Assembly: GCA_045612185.1 (NCBI GenBank)
Contig: JAZKYO010000030.1
Span: 85,236-149,235, forward strand
Length of the DNA stretch: 64,000 nt
Direction of reading: 5' to 3'
Source of the DNA: Eubacteriales bacterium
GTDB taxonomy: Bacteria > Bacillota > Clostridia > Oscillospirales > CAG-272
Of the stretch, positions 21,201-29,930 are shown piece by piece. The translations under genes were made by a program, and so were the position numbers. The notes under the pieces are model-generated. The model was not told the origin of the DNA. It did not search any database and saw only the letters and a list, made by a program, of their open reading frames with translations. The number at the start of each line of letters is the position of its first letter. The stretch's first letter is position 1.

Positions 21201-21889
21201 TATCGTCGCTTTCGCCCGATATTCTCGACAAGTACGACGGTGATGCCGCCTCTCTCTCATTGCTTAACGGTAATTTCAATGACAATTTCAGAAGCGACTT
21301 TGCAGTTCCCGAAACGCTTTTGTCAAAAAAGGCGGCGACTGCATCCGAGATTGGAACTGCAACGCACGCATTCCTTCAATTCTGCAATTTTGAAAATGCG
21401 GTAAAATGTGGTATTGACGAGGAAATTTCACGAATGACCGTCGAAAAATTCATATCACCCAAGTATGGCGATATAATTGACAAGAAACAGCTTGAAGGCT
21501 TCTTTGAAAGCGAGCTGTACAAGAGAATTTCCTCAGCCAAAAGAATTTGGCGCGAACAGCGCTTCAATCTTTTCCTGCCAGCAAGTGAATTCACGCAAGA
21601 CGCTGAAAAATCTGTACTTCTCGAAGGCGAAACTGTTGCTGTACAAGGTGTTATTGACATTTTCTTCGAGGATACCGACGGAAAAATTATTCTTTGCGAT
21701 TATAAAACCGACTATCTGAAGGCAGACGAGCTGGCAAATCCGACGTTGGCTGCACAAAAGCTTAGCAAACGCCACGCCGAACAGCTTTTCTATTACGCCA
21801 AAGCCATTGAAGAAATGCTTGGAAAAGCCCCCGACGAGATTATAATTTACTCGCTTCCTCTTGGAAACCACGTAATGATTGAGAAGTAG
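18272..21889 (+). CDS. addA: ATP-dependent helicase/nuclease subunit A
   Basis: AAAGSGKT, DEYQD, VGDIKQSIYGFR, TIHHSKGLEF, YVAMTRA, GVID..DYKT. Confidence 0.95.
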   Translation: MAHSWTPAQLSAIEMRDKTLLVSAAAGSGKTATLTERIIRSLTDDNNPADISRMLIATFTRASAADLREKISAALSKKLAENPTNRNLADQLVALGSAHISTIDSFYLDILKTHFGRLSLSQAPRIIDDSESKPLNLSTMDEVIEEFYENKEGFDRFIENFTSVRDNSKVAEVFISIYDKLLAQRDGVETLKGYISDLQASTKNNLFDTKYGKIALDKLSTFLRCACRFTKEAYELILSDEKATKAYGDAFSSDLEYWNTLDSLLCAPDYDAIKAIMDRYNKIKPDTLRGNYDEIRALLPIRNLLHEDFERIKDNYFCYTKDETVKSFADNAKICSTLYELLSEFDFRIMGEKASRGICTFADIRRYVLQILCDKDGSPNEIAAEYRERFDYIYIDEYQDVDPVQDSIFTILSKPDNRFMVGDIKQSIYGFRNADPSIFADYKKTLPALGSKQSDGYSIFMSNNFRCDESVIDFSNAVSSFLFSNRSQSIDYSSKDDLIFSKEKPSPEYHSTPVKVVTTGILPSGVGERSLDDEQTDRLKRSSARYIAEEIERLVGNEFLADTKDENGNLIKKKISYGDIAIFSRQKKRLPLIIDELQKRGIPVECEKDSDFFENPDVLLVLSFLSAIDNPQKDISLAGALRSPFFGFTLEEIYTVKSSAAKSASLYDALVSYSTKENELAEKCKAFDARLQYWRNAAASTPCDKLIKKLYHEMAILSYGSAKSRNLLKLYEYAIKFESSGFKGLYGFIKYVNDLIECEVKLPDTESGGSADSVKIMTIHHSKGLEFPVCFIFDCEKRFSNNTAKQDIQFEPSLGIGFTPHDESGFAKFNSPTWRSICDTCLLLEKEEEMRLLYVAMTRARERLYLVSNIHKPENKETIRMLAKVDTEYAILRAGSYVDWMIMALDRPDLPDCFTTEEIIFDCENTEKADVITDTQKDELTEESPNANTKIVELLKERFDFKYAYEHISKLPAKLSVSSLSPDILDKYDGDAASLSLLNGNFNDNFRSDFAVPETLLSKKAATASEIGTATHAFLQFCNFENAVKCGIDEEISRMTVEKFISPKYGDIIDKKQLEGFFESELYKRISSAKRIWREQRFNLFLPASEFTQDAEKSVLLEGETVAVQGVIDIFFEDTDGKIILCDYKTDYLKADELANPTLAAQKLSKRHAEQLFYYAKAIEEMLGKAPDEIIIYSLPLGNHVMIEK

Positions 21890-21901
21890 AAAGGAGCTAA
21901 A

Positions 21902-23287
21902 ATGAGAAAGATATTCAGCTTTTTCCTTTTGATGATTTTACCCGTTTTGTTTTGCGCCTGTTCTGCGGGCGGTGGCGAAAGCACCGCCCCGGAAAAGATT
22001 GATAAATTCACCCCCAACGATAGCTACACGGTAGAAAAAAACGAGGTGCGCACCTCGGTAAAGGAGCGTAAAAACCGCCCTGTCGAGTTTGAACGAAGCT
22101 CATCCTTTGATGATTTGATATTCTACGGAAACGAGCCCAAAGCCGACCTTAAGGAGGGCGCAGAATGGCGAGAAGACGCGCTTGACCGCATTGAAGAAAT
22201 CCGCAAGGGTGAAATTGCGGTGGCGGTAGTTGACAGCTGGGGCGTTCCGCTTGCCGACGTTAAGGTTGACATTGAGATGTACGAGCACGAATTTGAATGG
22301 GGCACGGCTATAAATCACGGCGGAACAAAAAATGAGACTATGATGTACAACGTGTCAAGGCTTTTCAATTCCGCGGTGCTTGAAAACGAGCTTAAGTGGT
22401 CGCTTTACGAAGCCAATCCCGACCGCCCAAAGGAAATGATAGCCACGCTTAAGGATGCGGGAATTTCCACAATCAGAGGTCACTGCCTAGTATGGGACAG
22501 AGACAGAAGAAAGAACGACACTTCGGTTCCCGCCGACCTTCCCACACTGTACTCCGACCGAGATGCCATGACTGAACGCATACGTGCACACATTGAGGAA
22601 ATAATGACCGACATGGGCGATCTTATTACAGATTGGGACGTTCTCAACGAGGCCTGCAACAACACAACCATGCAGGACATTTACGGCCGCGAGCTTATTA
22701 AAGAATGGTTTGATATGGCGCTCGACTACGGCGGTGACAAAAATTTGTATTACAACGATTTCATGACAAGCGGAGAGCTATTTGATCTGCTTGACGAAAT
22801 GGAGCGTCTTGGAGTAATTTACGACGGAATCGGAATTCAATCACACTACTCGGACAACAGGACAATTACCGAAATGTACGAATTCTATCAAAAGCTGGCG
22901 AAGTACGGAAAAACACTTAAGGTTACCGAGTACGATTTCGCCACGTCAGACGAAATTCACCGTGCCGCATTTACCAGAGACCTTATGATTCTCACCTTCA
23001 GCATGGAAGAATTTGAAGGTTTCTATCTTTGGGGAATAAAGGGCGGCAAGTACGTTTGCTTTGACAACAGTTGGAATCCACGCCCCGCACTTGAGCAAAT
23101 GGAGGATTTGATTTACAACAAATGGATGACAAGAGAAACCAAGCGCACAAACGCAAGCGGTGTGGCATATTTTGAGGGTTACTACGGCTCGTACAAGATA
23201 AGCGCCACGGCAAACGGAATAAAAAAGACAGTCTGGGTAGACTGTCACAAAGGAGAAAACAACACTGTTTTCATTGAAATTTCATAA
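21902..23287 (+). CDS. GH10 endo-1,4-beta-xylanase-like putative lipoprotein
   Basis: Lipobox-like LFCAC; ENELKW, RGHCLVW, WDVLNE (acid/base), GIQSH, VTEYD (nucleophile). Confidence 0.87.
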   Translation: MRKIFSFFLLMILPVLFCACSAGGGESTAPEKIDKFTPNDSYTVEKNEVRTSVKERKNRPVEFERSSSFDDLIFYGNEPKADLKEGAEWREDALDRIEEIRKGEIAVAVVDSWGVPLADVKVDIEMYEHEFEWGTAINHGGTKNETMMYNVSRLFNSAVLENELKWSLYEANPDRPKEMIATLKDAGISTIRGHCLVWDRDRRKNDTSVPADLPTLYSDRDAMTERIRAHIEEIMTDMGDLITDWDVLNEACNNTTMQDIYGRELIKEWFDMALDYGGDKNLYYNDFMTSGELFDLLDEMERLGVIYDGIGIQSHYSDNRTITEMYEFYQKLAKYGKTLKVTEYDFATSDEIHRAAFTRDLMILTFSMEEFEGFYLWGIKGGKYVCFDNSWNPRPALEQMEDLIYNKWMTRETKRTNASGVAYFEGYYGSYKISATANGIKKTVWVDCHKGENNTVFIEIS

Positions 23288-23291
23288 GTAT

Positions 23292-23325
23292 AAAAGGAGC
23301 TGTCTGCTTGACAGCTCCTTTTTTT
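23292..23325. terminator. Bidirectional terminator between GH10 and recR
   Basis: AAAAGGAGCTGTC-TGCTT-GACAGCTCCTTTTTTT. Confidence 0.85.
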
Positions 23326-23917
23326 AAAAGTCTCTTCTGCCCTCGAGGGCGCGGAAAAGGGTTACCTCATCGGCATATTCAAGGTCAGCTCCTACGGGAA
23401 CGCCGTACGCAAGTCTTGTTACCTTTACGCCCAGAGGCTTGATAAGTCTTGAAAGGTACATAGCTGTGGCTTCGCCCTCAACTGTCGGATTGGTTGCCAC
23501 TATTATCTCCTTGACTTTATCGTCTATTCTTGCCAAAAGCTCTTTTATCTTAAGCTGTTCGGGAGTTATGCCGTTGACGGGCGATATTACGCCGTGCAAA
23601 ACGTGGTACATTCCGCGATATTCCCTTACTTTTTCTATGGACATAACCGCTTTCGCATCCTCAACTACGCATATGACAGACGGATCCCTGTCAAGGTCAT
23701 TACAGACAAAGCAAAGCTCTTTATCTGTAAGGTTCTGACACACGGGACAATAGTGAATATTCCTTTTTGCGTCAACTATGGCACGCGCGAACTCCTCAGC
23801 CTCCTCATCGGAAAACTCAAGCACGGAATAAGCCATTCTCATGGCGCTTTTTCTGCCTATTCCCGACATCCGTCCGAACTGCTCGGCAAGTCGCACAAGT
23901 GACTCGATCTCTGCCAT
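23324..23917 (-). CDS. recR: Recombination mediator RecR
   Basis: GIGRKSA HhH, C4 Zn finger, TOPRIM ATNPTVEGEATA. Confidence 0.97.
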   Translation of the reverse strand: MAEIESLVRLAEQFGRMSGIGRKSAMRMAYSVLEFSDEEAEEFARAIVDAKRNIHYCPVCQNLTDKELCFVCNDLDRDPSVICVVEDAKAVMSIEKVREYRGMYHVLHGVISPVNGITPEQLKIKELLARIDDKVKEIIVATNPTVEGEATAMYLSRLIKPLGVKVTRLAYGVPVGADLEYADEVTLFRALEGRRDF

Positions 23918-23918
23918 A

Positions 23919-24266
23919 TCAGAACATTCCCGGCATTCCGAAACCGCCGGTAAGCTTTGACATTTCAGCCTCGTTAGTGCTTTCTACTCTTTTTATAGCC
24001 TCGTTTATTCCGGCTACGATAATATCCTCAAGGGTCTCAACGTCATCAGGGTCAACAATTTCGGGGTCTATTTTAACAGAGAGAATTTCCTTCTTTCCGT
24101 TTATCTTTACCTCTACCATGCCGCCGCCTGCTTTTACCTCGTATTCTTTTGCCTCAAGCTCCTGCTGAAGAACAGCCATATCCTCCTGCATTTTCTGCGC
24201 CTGCTTGAGCATAGCGGTCATATTCTGCGGGCCTCCGCCCATTCCCTGCGGTAATCTTGCTTTCAT
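23919..24266 (-). CDS. ybaB: YbaB/EbfC nucleoid-associated protein
   Basis: KQAQKMQ, AGGGMV, DPDDVETLED; lies between dnaX and recR. Confidence 0.95.
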   Translation of the reverse strand: MKARLPQGMGGGPQNMTAMLKQAQKMQEDMAVLQQELEAKEYEVKAGGGMVEVKINGKKEILSVKIDPEIVDPDDVETLEDIIVAGINEAIKRVESTNEAEMSKLTGGFGMPGMF

Positions 24267-24290
24267 TTTTTCGGTTCCTTTCTATGTTTG

Positions 24291-25886
24291 TCAATTATTT
24301 TCTATATTATGGATAAGTCCGTCAATTGCTTCGTCCTCGTCGGGCATATCTCCCTCGGCAAGCTCAAAGACAAGCTGAGCGTCCTTTACCTCACGTTTAA
24401 GACACATTGACAGCGCCGCGCGTATCACGTCCTTTGCGCCCGAGCCATCTATCATCATCATGGTAAATGAGTCCGCAACGTAGACCTTTACAGCGTCACC
24501 GACCACAAAGGCTTTGGTTTGCTTCATATACGCCGCCAATCTGCTGTTGCTCTGCGTTACTCTGTCTATAACCTCCGCCCAACAGGAAAGTGCCTTCATT
24601 TTAGGTAATTCAGCATTTTTTGGGGGAGTTTGAGGCACGGCGGGCTTTGCCGCTTCTACTTTTTCCGATTTTACAGGCTCGGAGGGCTTTGGTTGCTCAC
24701 TCTCAGTAATTGCAGGCCTTGCGGAAATACCGCCAAGGGCAACCATATCCTCAAGCTTAGAAAGTCTTGAAAGGAGATTTTCGTTTGATGAGTCGAGAGT
24801 ATCGTCGCACATTTTTACAAGCGTAAGCTCCGCAACCGTTCGCTTTACAGCATTTGATTTTTGTATCGCGAACAAGGCGTTTTCAAGCAGTTTGCAATGC
24901 GCGAGAATAGTTTCGCGCGAAAGCTTTGCAGTAACCTCGCTTAATGTTTTAAGCTCGTTATCGGTAAGGTCAAGATATTTCGCCGCGTTTTTAGAAGTTT
25001 TTAACACGAGCATATCTCTATAAAACGACATAAGATTTTGCCAAAAGACCGAGAGGTCCTTTGAGGATTTGACTATGTTATCTATTTCTTCAAGTATAAC
25101 GTCGAAATTCTTTTCTGCCACGGCGTTTACCACGCGAGAGAGAGATGCTCGGCTACTTAAGCCTACTATTTCATTTACTGCGTCCTCGTCGATAAGCTTA
25201 TCTCTGCGTCCGCCGGCGCAAAGGTCAAGAAGGCTGATGGCGTCACGCATACCGCCCTGGGCAATTTTGGCGATAAGCTGAAGCGCACCGCGGCTCACCT
25301 CAATTTTTTCTTCCTTAGCTATATATTCAAGTCTGTTCACAAGGACATCTATTGAAATCCTGCGGAACTCAAACCGCTGACATCTTGATATTATAGTTGC
25401 GGGAAGCTCGTGAAGCTCTGTGGTAGCAAGCACGAATATTACGTATGAGGGCGGTTCCTCAAGCGTTTTAAGCAGTGCGTTAAACGCACTGTCAGAAAGC
25501 ATGTGAACCTCGTCTACTATGTAGACTCTGTATTTAAGTACACTTGGAGGGTAGGTAACCTCGTCTCTGATATCTCTGATATTATCTACACCGTTGTTGG
25601 AGGCGGCGTCCATTTCAAGCACGTCTGTCGCCGAGCCATCGTCAATGGCACGGCAAGCTGCGCACTCTCCGCAAGGACTGCCGTCCTTAGGGTTTTCACA
25701 GTTTACTACCTTGGCAAGAATCTTGGCGCAAGTAGTTTTTCCCGTACCGCGTGAGCCGCAAAAAAGGTAGGCGTGATTGAATTTTCCGATTGATGCTTCA
25801 TATTTTAAAATGGAGGTAATATGCTCCTGTCCACAAACGTCATCAAAGACCTGAGGTCTCCACTTTCTGTATAGTGCCTGATGCAT
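24291..25886 (-). CDS. dnaX: DNA polymerase III subunit gamma/tau
   Basis: ALYRKWRP, GSRGTGKT, DEVHML, SRCQRF; start at MHQALY with GGAGG RBS. Confidence 0.97.
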   Translation of the reverse strand: MHQALYRKWRPQVFDDVCGQEHITSILKYEASIGKFNHAYLFCGSRGTGKTTCAKILAKVVNCENPKDGSPCGECAACRAIDDGSATDVLEMDAASNNGVDNIRDIRDEVTYPPSVLKYRVYIVDEVHMLSDSAFNALLKTLEEPPSYVIFVLATTELHELPATIISRCQRFEFRRISIDVLVNRLEYIAKEEKIEVSRGALQLIAKIAQGGMRDAISLLDLCAGGRRDKLIDEDAVNEIVGLSSRASLSRVVNAVAEKNFDVILEEIDNIVKSSKDLSVFWQNLMSFYRDMLVLKTSKNAAKYLDLTDNELKTLSEVTAKLSRETILAHCKLLENALFAIQKSNAVKRTVAELTLVKMCDDTLDSSNENLLSRLSKLEDMVALGGISARPAITESEQPKPSEPVKSEKVEAAKPAVPQTPPKNAELPKMKALSCWAEVIDRVTQSNSRLAAYMKQTKAFVVGDAVKVYVADSFTMMMIDGSGAKDVIRAALSMCLKREVKDAQLVFELAEGDMPDEDEAIDGLIHNIENN

Positions 25887-25922
25887 AACTACCTCCATCC
25901 TACAAATCAAGCTGCAAAATAA

Positions 25923-26193
25923 GACCATACACCTCTGAATCGAATGTCACACCCACGCGACATACGTATCCTTCGCTCAAGACAGGCTGACTTGTGGCAC
26001 ATCGGGTACACCGCTTAATGCTGCTTGGTTCCCCACCTGACATGGTTCACAGCTCCCGATTGCACAAGACCCATCTCTCAACACGAAAAAACACGCCACA
26101 GACCGCAGGTGCTTCACCCTCAAAAGAGGAATGCACCCCTGCATATAGCGGATTTCAGGTACAAGGCACCGCTAGTTCCCCGGCTGTATGGCC
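25923..26193 (-). ncRNA. ffs: Large (Bacillus/Clostridium-type) signal recognition particle RNA
   Basis: Minus strand: Alu-like GGGGAACTAGCGGTGCCTTGTACCTGAAATCCGCTA; S-domain GTCAGGTGG-GGAA-CCAAGCAGCA; ends GGCCATAC/GTATGGTC pair; located upstream of dnaX. Confidence 0.9.
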
Positions 26194-26237
26194 TTATTTC
26201 GCAGCTTGATTCATACAATTCTGCTTATTGCTTTATT

Positions 26238-26266
26238 ATTATACCAAACTTTTATTATTTTTGCAA
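26238..26266 (-). promoter_or_regulatory. SigA-type promoter of SRP RNA
   Basis: TTGCAA-17 bp-TATAAT with extended TG. Confidence 0.65.
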
Positions 26267-26343
26267 TAGTTTTATGAAATTTTTTATTTAACATTTACAT
26301 TTATTTCATCATATACTCGTACTAAAACCCAAGGAGGGCAAAA

Positions 26344-26778
26344 ATGAACAGAGACATTCCTCAATACGCAAACATTGGTTACACAGGCACGGGATACCTT
26401 GTAATAAGGGCAAGCACTGCCTCAAATGCGCTTCCTATTGAGAACGCGACTGTAACCGTAAGAGGCAATCAACCCAATTTTTCGGGAGTCATAGTAAAAA
26501 TGCAAACGGGGCGAAACGGACTGACCCCAAAAATATCACTGGCTACTCCTCCGCGTAGCAATTCCACGTCCCCCGGCATTGAAAACCCTTTTGCCACCTA
26601 CAACGTAGACGTAGTTCTTGACGGATTTTTCCCCTCAAGCGCACAACAAGTTCCCGTATTTGACGGTATTACCTCGGTACAGCCCATCAACATGATACCG
26701 CTACCGCAAAACGGCGCAGGTGATCGATTTGACCCCAATGCAGAGCGGGTGACCGACAGCGAACCGCCTAATTTATAA
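26344..26778 (+). CDS. Stand-alone protein resembling the N-terminal pre/pro region of clostridial SleC
   Basis: GYLVIRA..ALPIENATV..TGRNGLT..L.TPP..PFATYNVDV..GF..VPVFDG pattern; AAGGAGG RBS. Confidence 0.7.
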   Translation: MNRDIPQYANIGYTGTGYLVIRASTASNALPIENATVTVRGNQPNFSGVIVKMQTGRNGLTPKISLATPPRSNSTSPGIENPFATYNVDVVLDGFFPSSAQQVPVFDGITSVQPINMIPLPQNGAGDRFDPNAERVTDSEPPNL

Positions 26779-26789
26779 AGGAGAGAAAC

Positions 26790-28190
26790 ATGCCAACAAG
26801 ATTACCTTACATTCCCGAATATATTACGGTTCACTTAGGCACTCCGGACAGCGACGCCCCAAACGTAACCGTACCTTTTCTTGACTACGTTTCAAACGTA
26901 GCTTCGAGTGAAATTTATCCAAGCTGGCCGGAAAATGCGCTTAGGGCTAATATTTATGCGCAGATTTCATACGCGTTAAATCGGGTATACACCGAATACT
27001 ATCGCTCACGCGGATATGATTTTGACATAACAAATTCAACCACAGTAGACCAATCCTTTGTGGACGGGCGGGATATTTTTGAGAACATCAGCCGTCTTAC
27101 CGGCGAGCTTTTTGACGACTACATCAGGCGTCAGGGTAATATTGAGCCACTATTCGCTCAATACTGCGACGGAGTAGAAGTTACCTGTGACGGGCTTTCT
27201 CAATGGGGCTCGGTGGCGCTTGCTCAAAACGGGCGCACCCCCTACGAGATATTAACCAACTACTACGGCAATGACATAGACATAGTTCGCGGTGCGCCCG
27301 TTATGGGTATAACAGCTTCGCTTCCCGAAAGGCCGCTTTCTTTAGGCTCGGCGGGCAGTGACGTTAGGCAGCTACAGATAAGGTTGAACCGAATTTCCGA
27401 TAACTTTCCGTCAATCCCGAAAATTGCGTTACCCGACGGAATATTCTCTTACGACACCGAGGCGGCGGTAAAAAGCTTTCAAGAGATTTTCGGTCTTACT
27501 CCCGACGGCATTGTCGGTCCGTCAACGTGGTACAAAATACAGATAATTTTCAACAGCGTAAAAAAGCTGAGCGACCTTAACTCAGAGGGCTTAACCTCGG
27601 ACGAGATAGCAGGCGTAACATTTCCCTATCCACAGTTCGGCGACAGGGGGCTTGCGGTGCGTAATCTTCAATATTATCTTGACTATCTTTCAAGATTTTA
27701 CCCCGCTATTCCTCCCGTTACAAACGACGGAATCTTTGGGGATGCAACGCGTTCGTCGGTAATAGCGCTTCAAAAGGAATTTGAGCTTCCCGCAACCGGT
27801 GAGGTTGACAGGGCGACCTGGAACACGATGTACGATGCTTATCTGGGAATCATTGCTCAACTTGAAGGCAAGCTTGGTGAAGGAGACATGATTCCCTTTC
27901 CCGGGGTAATAATCCGCTTAGGCAGTGAGTCGGAAGAGGTTGCTTTACTGCAAAGATATTTGAATACCATTGCAAACACCTACACGGAGATTCCCAAGGT
28001 AAATCCCACCGGATATTTTGGAACGATGACACAAAACGCGGTAATTGCTTTTCAGCGAATATTCGGACTTGAGGACAACGGCATCGTTGATGCCTCAACA
28101 TGGGACGAAATTATGAGCATTTACAGTGATTTGCAGGGCAGCACGCGGCTTGGCGAGGGGCAATTTCCGGGTTACGACGTCGGTGCTTGA
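26790..28190 (+). CDS. sleC: Spore cortex-lytic enzyme SleC-like (SpoIID/LytB domain plus repeated peptidoglycan-binding domains)
   Basis: ITVHLG, DYVSNVASSEIYPSWP, LNRVYTEYYRSRGYDFDITNST; three LQxxL..G.F..T..AV..FQ modules. Confidence 0.85.
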   Translation: MPTRLPYIPEYITVHLGTPDSDAPNVTVPFLDYVSNVASSEIYPSWPENALRANIYAQISYALNRVYTEYYRSRGYDFDITNSTTVDQSFVDGRDIFENISRLTGELFDDYIRRQGNIEPLFAQYCDGVEVTCDGLSQWGSVALAQNGRTPYEILTNYYGNDIDIVRGAPVMGITASLPERPLSLGSAGSDVRQLQIRLNRISDNFPSIPKIALPDGIFSYDTEAAVKSFQEIFGLTPDGIVGPSTWYKIQIIFNSVKKLSDLNSEGLTSDEIAGVTFPYPQFGDRGLAVRNLQYYLDYLSRFYPAIPPVTNDGIFGDATRSSVIALQKEFELPATGEVDRATWNTMYDAYLGIIAQLEGKLGEGDMIPFPGVIIRLGSESEEVALLQRYLNTIANTYTEIPKVNPTGYFGTMTQNAVIAFQRIFGLEDNGIVDASTWDEIMSIYSDLQGSTRLGEGQFPGYDVGA

Positions 28191-28201
28191 AAGGAGGCAG
28201 A

Positions 28202-28729
28202 ATGGCGAGAATTTATCCAAGCGAAGAGCAGGCTATACGCAATTTACAGCGTTATCTCAGGCAGTTATCCTATTTTGACGAGGATATTCTGCCAATAGTA
28301 ATAAACGGAACATGGAATGAAGAAACACAGGCAGCGCTTACGGCTTTTCAACGAAAGAACGGTCTTAATCCTACGGGAAGAGCCGACGAGCAAACCTGGG
28401 GGCTTTTATTTTCGCAATATCAGCACTCTATTGAAGAAAACGCAGAGCCTTCGAGGGTTCCGTTTTTTCCAAGGTTGCCAAAGGGAGACTCGGTTGGAAA
28501 AGGCGACAGCGGATTTATAGTTGAGGTAATACAGTACATGTTAAGCGAGCTGGCAGTTATATACGACGGCTTTGACAACGTTGATATTAACGGTTTCTTT
28601 GACGACACCACCGAGGCGGCAATAAGCGAATTTCAAAAACGAAATCTGTTTCCTCAGAATGGCAGAGTAGACAAAAAAACCTGGGACAGATTGGTATTGG
28701 CATATGAAGCCACTGCCGATTCGCAATAA
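28202..28729 (+). CDS. Peptidoglycan-binding domain protein (two modules, no evident catalytic domain)
   Basis: LQRYL..ETQAALTAFQRKNGL and IQYML..TEAAISEFQKRNL; AAGGAGG RBS. Confidence 0.85.
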   Translation: MARIYPSEEQAIRNLQRYLRQLSYFDEDILPIVINGTWNEETQAALTAFQRKNGLNPTGRADEQTWGLLFSQYQHSIEENAEPSRVPFFPRLPKGDSVGKGDSGFIVEVIQYMLSELAVIYDGFDNVDINGFFDDTTEAAISEFQKRNLFPQNGRVDKKTWDRLVLAYEATADSQ

Positions 28730-28762
28730 CAAAAAAGTTAGATTTTTAAAGAAAACATATAG

Positions 28763-28808
28763 ATAAATCGACACAATCGGCTGTAATCGGTTGTGTCGAT
28801 TTATTTTT
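28763..28808 (+). terminator. Terminator of the sleC locus
   Basis: ATAAATCGACACAATCG..CGGTTGTGTCGATTTAT followed by T-run. Confidence 0.75.
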
Positions 28809-28884
28809 GACTTTGTTTGACTTTGACTTTGACTGACTTTTGGTTTATAATTACAGTACAAGGTCAAAGAAAGTCAAAGTCAAA
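28806..28884 (+). promoter_or_regulatory. ctsR promoter with multiple CtsR operator heptads
   Basis: TTGACT(28823)-17 bp-TATAAT(28846); GGTCAAA-GAA-AGTCAAA downstream and reverse AGTCAAA-CAA-AGTCAAA upstream match the RGTCAAA-NAN-RGTCAAA consensus. Confidence 0.9.
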
Positions 28885-28927
28885 TTATAAACAGTTATAT
28901 GAATAGTTGAAAGGAGGAACAAGTAAA

Positions 28928-29377
28928 ATGTTAGCAGATAACATAGCGAAACTTATTGAACAGATGCTTGATGAGTCGGGCGGAGCGCTTGAGCTTCAAC
29001 GGAACGAGATGGCAAACCGTCTGGGGTGTGTTCCAAGCCAGATAAGCTACGTTATAACCTCGCGGTTCACTCCCGAAAAGGGATATATTATCGAGTCAAG
29101 GCGAGGCGGGGGCGGATGTATAAGAATCGTCCGCAAGCAGATGCAAAATGACGAATATCTTATGCACTTCTTCTACGCTATCGGGGATGCGATTTCCGAA
29201 AGAGAGGCACTTGCTTATCTCAACAATCTGTTTGGCAACGAGCTTATCAGCAAAAAATCCTACGATATTATAGCGGCGGCAACCTCAAATTCAGCGCTTG
29301 CCGACCTCACACCGCAAGCAAGAGATATTGTACGTGCCAGAATCTTCAAGCACACGGTTCTGGCTCTTATGAAATAA
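28928..29377 (+). CDS. ctsR: Class III heat-shock repressor CtsR
   Basis: CVPSQISYV, ESRRGGGG tetraglycine loop. Confidence 0.95.
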   Translation: MLADNIAKLIEQMLDESGGALELQRNEMANRLGCVPSQISYVITSRFTPEKGYIIESRRGGGGCIRIVRKQMQNDEYLMHFFYAIGDAISEREALAYLNNLFGNELISKKSYDIIAAATSNSALADLTPQARDIVRARIFKHTVLALMK

Positions 29378-29399
29378 TTAAAGAAAGGAAGTTAATAAA

Positions 29400-29918
29400 A
29401 TGATCTGTGAAAGATGCAAAAAGAACACAGCCACGGTATTCTATCAGGAAAATATAAACGGCGAGGCACGCTCCTTCTCGCTCTGCTCAGAGTGCGCCGC
29501 AAGCATGCAAAAAAGCGGAGAAATTTCCGGAGGCTTCCCTTTCGGCAACATGGGCGGCTTGCATGATCAACTTTTCGGTGGTCTGTTTGGAAAGGTCGAA
29601 TCTCCAACCAAGACCCGCAAAACCTGCGCTTTATGCGGTTCAACCTTCGATGACTTCCGCAAAGACGGAAAAACAGGTTGTCCCGAATGTTACAAAACCT
29701 TTGGAGACGAGCTTAAAGGAACGATCCGTTCTATTCACGGAAACGTGAATCACATTGGCAGAGCTCCGGCCAAATTCAGAAAAAACCAAGAAAAAGCCAA
29801 CGAGTTAAAAACGCTAAAAACTCAGCTTGCCGCGGCTATCACAGAGGAAAACTTTGAGCTTGCCGCAACGCTTCGCGACAAGATCCGCGCCCTTGAAAGC
29901 GGCGCAAACGAAAACTAA
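29400..29918 (+). CDS. mcsA: McsA (Zn-finger/UVR) protein
   Basis: Four CxxC motifs; ENFELAATLRD UVR domain; synteny. Confidence 0.93.
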   Translation: MICERCKKNTATVFYQENINGEARSFSLCSECAASMQKSGEISGGFPFGNMGGLHDQLFGGLFGKVESPTKTRKTCALCGSTFDDFRKDGKTGCPECYKTFGDELKGTIRSIHGNVNHIGRAPAKFRKNQEKANELKTLKTQLAAAITEENFELAATLRDKIRALESGANEN

Positions 29919-29930
29919 GGAGGGATAAAC

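Noticed and set aside
14894..21889. Helicase-nuclease pair as an anti-phage defence system
   Set aside because: Size, order and motifs are those of housekeeping AddAB
25994..26291. Short ORFs upstream of dnaX
   Set aside because: They lie antisense to the SRP RNA and its promoter
26790..28729. PG-binding proteins as phage endolysins
   Set aside because: SleC-type catalytic signature; no holin or other phage genes
28806..28884. TTTGAC/GTCAAA repeats as a CRISPR array or microsatellite
   Set aside because: No spacers or cas genes; they match CtsR operators upstream of ctsR
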